Part shown: piece after piece, positions 59,918-64,000 of the stretch | Layout: each line of letters begins with the position of its first letter | Position numbering within the stretch: the stretch's first letter is position 1 | Assembly: GCA_963734495.1 (NCBI GenBank) | Contig: CAVTHK010000005.1 | Coordinates: 165,913-229,912, forward strand | Direction: 5' to 3' | Origin: an uncultured Spirochaetota bacterium | GTDB lineage: Bacteria; Spirochaetota; Spirochaetia; SZUA-6; CAVTHK01 | Length of the DNA stretch: 64,000 nucleotides | Program-made: the position numbers and the translations under genes | Notes under the pieces: generated by a model | The model's database searches: none | What the model was told of the DNA's origin: nothing | What the model saw: only the letters and a program-made list of their open reading frames with translations

Positions 59918-59958
59918 GCGGGCAATGTACTGAAAACCCGCCGGCGGGGCGCTCCGGT

Positions 59959-61125
59959 CTACCAGTCCACGACCGAGCCGTCGTCGGGGTCGTAGCTCTC
60001 GGGGTTGCGCCAGTCGTGATCGATCTTGTCCGCGAGGCGCTCTTCGTCGAGCTCGACGCCGAGGCCGGGCCGATCGGGCACGGGCACGGTCCCCCCCTCG
60101 AGCCGGAACGGCTCCCTGAGGTAGCCTTCGCCGAGCGACACCTGCTCCTGGCACAGGAAGTTCGGCACCGCCGCCGCGATCTGAAGCCCGGCGGCCAGCG
60201 AGATCGGGCCCATCGGGTTGTGCGGCGCGATCGCGGCGTACCACGCCTCGGCCATGCCCGCGATGAGCCGCACCTCCGTGATGCCGCCCGCGTGGCAGAG
60301 GTCGGGCTGCAGGATGCTGCAGGCGCGCTTCTCGAGCAGCTCGCGGAAGCCCCACTTGGTGAACACCCGCTCGCCGGCCGCGATGGGCAGGTGAGTCCTG
60401 GCCGCGATGTCCGCGAGCAGGTCGACGTTCTGGCACTGCACGGGCTCTTCGATGAAGAAGGGCTGGTGCGGCTCCAGCGCCCGGACGAGCAGCATGGCCG
60501 TCTGCGGCGGCACCGCGCCGTGGAAGTCCACGGCGATGTCGACGTCGGGCCCGGCCGCGGCGCGCATCGCGGCGAAGCGCTCCGCCACGCGGGCGACCAC
60601 GGCCGGCGTGTCGATGATGCGGAACGGCCGCTCCTTGTACGGGCCGGTCTTGAGCGCGGTAAAGCCCTGCGCCACGGCCGCCCGCACGGCCTGCTCGTCG
60701 CGCACGTGCGCGTACACCCGCACGCGGCTGCGCGTCGGCCCGCCGAGCAGCTCGTGCACGGGCGCGCCGAGCGCCTTGCCCTTGATGTCCCAGAGCGCCT
60801 GGTCGATGCCGCTGAGCGCGCTGGTGAGGACGGGCCCGCCCCGGTAGAACGCGTGGCGATAGATCGCCTGCCAGTGGTGCGTGACCGCGCGCGGGTCCTT
60901 GCCGACCAGGTAAGGGGCGACCTCCTCGATCGCCGTCGCGACCGTTCGGGCCCGGCCTTCGAGCAGCGGCTCGCCCAGGCCCACGATCCCGGCGTCCGTG
61001 TGCACCTTGAGGAAGAGCCAGCGCGGCTTGACCAGGAAGGTCTCGAGGCGCGTGATCCTGATCCGCTCGCGGCCTCCGACGACCGCGGCCCCTCCGGCCG
61101 CGCCGAAGCCTTCTTCGTTCAGCAT
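59959..61125 (-). CDS. dgoD: Galactonate dehydratase
   Basis: PRWLFLKVHTD, LEGRA, FYRGGP, DFHG, FIEEP, GER, PHNPMGP, DGSVVDW. Confidence 0.85.
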   Translation of the reverse strand: MLNEEGFGAAGGAAVVGGRERIRITRLETFLVKPRWLFLKVHTDAGIVGLGEPLLEGRARTVATAIEEVAPYLVGKDPRAVTHHWQAIYRHAFYRGGPVLTSALSGIDQALWDIKGKALGAPVHELLGGPTRSRVRVYAHVRDEQAVRAAVAQGFTALKTGPYKERPFRIIDTPAVVARVAERFAAMRAAAGPDVDIAVDFHGAVPPQTAMLLVRALEPHQPFFIEEPVQCQNVDLLADIAARTHLPIAAGERVFTKWGFRELLEKRACSILQPDLCHAGGITEVRLIAGMAEAWYAAIAPHNPMGPISLAAGLQIAAAVPNFLCQEQVSLGEGYLREPFRLEGGTVPVPDRPGLGVELDEERLADKIDHDWRNPESYDPDDGSVVDW

Positions 61126-61239
61126 GGATGAGTAGGACGCACGCGAAGCCACCTGCGGACCTCCGATTCCATCATATACCCCCCCGCCGGAGCATGGCGA
61201 GCTTGACCGGGGCCGCGCCCCTTCGCGATCATCTACGCG

Positions 61240-62085
61240 GTGGAAGGAACGGCGGAGTCACTCAAGGCCGACGTGCTCGCGATCGCGCGCGACGACGGCC
61301 GCGTCCCCGGGACGGCCGGCCACGCCCGCGCGCGCGACTACCTGATCGGCCGCATGGAGGCCCTCGGGCTCGAGCCCTGGTCGAAGCGCGGCCTGGATCT
61401 CGTCTACGCAGCCGAGGGGCTCCGGGGGCACAACCTCATCGGCGTCGTGCCGGGCAGCGAGCGGGAGCTCGCCCCTCTGCTCATCGGCGCGCACTACGAC
61501 AGCGTGATCGCGGCCCCGTGCGCCGATGACAACGCGGCCGCGGTGGCCATCGCGCTCGCGGCGGCGGCCGGCGTGCGGCCGGGCGTCCTGCGGCGCGACC
61601 TGGCGCTCGCGCTCTTCGACGCGGAGGAGCCGCCCTTTACGCACACCGACCGGATGGGGAGCGTCCGCTTCTATGGCGAGCAGCGCGGGGAGCGGCCGAT
61701 CCACTGCGCGCTGATCCAGGACCTCACGGGCCACGACGTGTCGCTGCCGCTCGCCCTCGCCGGGCGCGCGGGCGCCGGGAGGCTCGCGAGCGTTCTGTTC
61801 GTGACGGGCGCGGAGAGCCATGCGGCGTGGCCCGCGCTCCTGCGGCAATGCCTCGAGCCCGCGGCGCTTCCCCTCGTGGCGACGCTCAGCCGCAACGTGG
61901 GCGACGTCAGCGATCACGCCGTGTTCCGTCGCGCCGGCGTGCCGTACCTGTTCCTGTCCTGCGGCCACTGGGAGCACTACCACAGGCCGACCGACACGCC
62001 GGACAGGCTGAGCTATGACAAGATGACGAAGGTCGCCCGCCTCCTCTCGTGCCTAGCCCGAAGTTCCAGCATGCGTCCAGCGTAA
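61240..62085 (+). CDS. M28-family peptidase; C-terminus replaced by IS-derived sequence
   Basis: GAHYDS, ADDNAAAVA, DAEEPP, SDH, HYHRPTDT. The last 10 or so codons lie inside the IS end. Confidence 0.82.
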   Translation: MEGTAESLKADVLAIARDDGRVPGTAGHARARDYLIGRMEALGLEPWSKRGLDLVYAAEGLRGHNLIGVVPGSERELAPLLIGAHYDSVIAAPCADDNAAAVAIALAAAAGVRPGVLRRDLALALFDAEEPPFTHTDRMGSVRFYGEQRGERPIHCALIQDLTGHDVSLPLALAGRAGAGRLASVLFVTGAESHAAWPALLRQCLEPAALPLVATLSRNVGDVSDHAVFRRAGVPYLFLSCGHWEHYHRPTDTPDRLSYDKMTKVARLLSCLARSSSMRPA

Positions 62086-64000
62086 CTGACTTGTCGAGTT
62101 GGAGTTGCGCTCAGGTTAGGTGCCCTTCACTGGGCACAAGTCCTTCTTGGCCAGCAGCTCGAATGCGCGGCGCTGCAGCGGATTGGCCTCGGTGAGACGT
62201 ACGAGGACGGAGCTACTGTCGTCATCGGTGAACGTGCATTTGTTGCGGCACAGTGTGGAGAAGGCTTTCAGCAGGTCGGGGAAGCTATGCAGTGGCAGCC
62301 CATCGACGCTGGTGTGTTCGCGCTTCTTACGCCTGGCCGATGGCGAAGGGACGGCCTTGGCCACGGGGTCGCGACGGCGCCAGGAGCGCTCCAGCTCTTC
62401 GTCCTGGTAGAGCAAGGGAGCCAGGGCGTCGCGCATGTGCCATTCGACGTAGTAGGCCAGCATGCACAGCAGAATGTGAGCACGCACTCGGTCGGGGACT
62501 CGATGGCGGATGGGACGAACCATGATCTGCAGGCCCTTGCAGGTACGGAAGATCCGCTCGACGCGCCGCAGGTTCTTGTACTGCCGCACCGTATCGGCGG
62601 CCGATAGATTCTCTTTCGCCTCGCTGGTGCGCACGATGTAGATGCCGTCCAGTTGCTGCTCGCGCTCGATGCTGCTGTCTCTGCGCCTCCACTGCAGCAC
62701 CTTGTCTTCGATGGTGAGCTGAAAATGCTTGGCCATCTTGTGCCGATTGATGACGCGGCCGACTTTTAGCGCGATCTCTTTCTTGGTCAGCGGGGTCCTG
62801 GTTCGCCGCTGCACCTGGGCCGCAATCCGCTGCAACGCCGCCTCGGTCGCTTGCAGGAGCTCCAGCCGCTTGCGTCTCCTCTCCTCGGCCATCAGCGGGT
62901 TGTAGCAGGCGATCAATCGCTCACCCGCATAATCGTCGCCGCTGATCTCGGCGAGGTTGGTGTCGTCGAAAAGCTCGGGGCCCAGCACCCCCTTGTCGAT
63001 GAGGGCCCGGATCTGCGGGCTCCTCAACGCTGAGATCCACCCCAGCCCCGGATAGGCTTTGAGGCTCTCGATCTGAGTCTGGGTGAGCATGCCGCGATCA
63101 CCTACCAGCACCACACGCTTCAGACGAAAATGCTCGCGCAGCTTGCCCACCTGGTCGCCCACCGTGGCAGGGTCGCCGGTGTTGCCTGCGTACACCTCTA
63201 CTGCCACGGGTCTGCCTTGCTGGTCAGCGAGCACTCCGTAGGCAATCACAGGTCGGCCCGCCTTGCCGTCGCGTCCATAGCCCATGCGGGCCAGCGAGCA
63301 GCAGCGACCCTCGTAGTAGCTGTTGCTCAAGTCGTAGAATGCGTAGCCGCCCTCCGCCAGATGCCGAGCAGCCAGAGCCCGCTCAATCGGCCCTTGCCGC
63401 TGCAGCAGCCAATCCAGAGCCCCGTACAGCTCGTTGGCGTCCGCATCGACGACCCCCAACTCCTGGGCCAACGTCGTGGTGTGCCACAGCCGCGTGTCGG
63501 CAAGCTTGCTTGAACCGTGCAGAAGCTGAGCCACGATCATCGCGACCACCAGGTCGCGTTCGCGCGAGGGCCGCCGGCTCATCATCTTCTCCAGCCCCAG
63601 GGCACGCAGGGTCTGCAGCACTGCCTGCACGTGGCCGTGGGGAAGGGACTCGATGATGCGGAACAGCCCTTCGGCGGGCACCAGGCTCTCGTCGCGTAGT
63701 AGCCGTCGCAGGGCATCGATCTTCTCCTGTGGCCAATCGGAGATGTTGGCGAGGGTCTGCTTGTGCACCTTGCCGCCCTCGCGCCAGCTCTCGCGCAACA
63801 AAACCGCTGGCGGAGAGGAGCGATTGGGGACGATGTCGACGTACATGGCTCATAGTACATCCTCCCAGCATATGTTGTCAACCTCAAATAGCTACTTACA
63901 TGGGTACAATAGGTCGTTTTCGCAACGGGCTTGTCCCTCGTAACTCACCACACAGAAACAACCTACTTCGGTGGGAGTGCTCGACTATTGCTGGAACTTC
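62053..64000 (-). mobile_element. IS1634-family insertion sequence (right end clipped by the window)
   Basis: Terminal inverted repeat GAAGTTCCAGCA (62060-62071) matches TGCTGGAACTTC (63989-64000). Composition is visibly less GC-rich than the flanks. Confidence 0.88.
62116..63846 (-). CDS. IS1634-family DDE transposase
   Basis: MYVDIVPNRSSPPAVLLRESWREGGKV, YDLSNSYYEG, VGDRGML, LDGIYIVRT, VERIFR, RPIRHR. Confidence 0.92.
   Translation of the reverse strand: MYVDIVPNRSSPPAVLLRESWREGGKVHKQTLANISDWPQEKIDALRRLLRDESLVPAEGLFRIIESLPHGHVQAVLQTLRALGLEKMMSRRPSRERDLVVAMIVAQLLHGSSKLADTRLWHTTTLAQELGVVDADANELYGALDWLLQRQGPIERALAARHLAEGGYAFYDLSNSYYEGRCCSLARMGYGRDGKAGRPVIAYGVLADQQGRPVAVEVYAGNTGDPATVGDQVGKLREHFRLKRVVLVGDRGMLTQTQIESLKAYPGLGWISALRSPQIRALIDKGVLGPELFDDTNLAEISGDDYAGERLIACYNPLMAEERRRKRLELLQATEAALQRIAAQVQRRTRTPLTKKEIALKVGRVINRHKMAKHFQLTIEDKVLQWRRRDSSIEREQQLDGIYIVRTSEAKENLSAADTVRQYKNLRRVERIFRTCKGLQIMVRPIRHRVPDRVRAHILLCMLAYYVEWHMRDALAPLLYQDEELERSWRRRDPVAKAVPSPSARRKKREHTSVDGLPLHSFPDLLKAFSTLCRNKCTFTDDDSSSVLVRLTEANPLQRRAFELLAKKDLCPVKGT

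Noticed and set aside
1-64000. CRISPR arrays, tRNA/rRNA, prophage or integrase genes
   Set aside because: I recognised no regularly spaced repeats, RNA gene signatures or phage/integrase motifs by eye.

Overview
A high-GC bacterial chromosomal segment. The gene set (TatP-like DctP, TP0381/YwaF-like membrane protein, membrane class III cyclase, rny-ddl-pgeF-argS) suggests an anaerobic free-living spirochaete-like organism, which is an inference only. About 50 protein genes are present; I recognised no rRNA, tRNA or CRISPR array. In order: partial prkA, GH57-like protein, hrpB, MFS, orphan DctP, YwaF fusion, RRM protein, xdhC with a FecBCD-type ABC importer, TPR lipoprotein with adenylate cyclase, and an MCE (mlaD/mlaE/mlaF) operon whose PqiC-like lipoprotein appears fused to a predicted beta-barrel. 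These are followed by rny-ddl-pgeF-argS, CBS/NRAMP, a B12-radical SAM enzyme, a lower-GC ABC-ATPase + TOPRIM-like (DUF4276-like) pair, acyl-CoA dehydrogenase-etfB-etfA(ferredoxin), and a large sugar-catabolism region (enolase-family dehydratases, GH3, GH127 + ABC + cysteine hydrolase + GntR, FGGY kinase, aldolase, GH4). The window ends with a two-component system beside a flavinylated protein and an IS1634 element inserted in the 3' end of an M28 peptidase. At least seven genes carry frameshifts, most likely long-read indel errors. All family calls come from motif recognition, not database searches.
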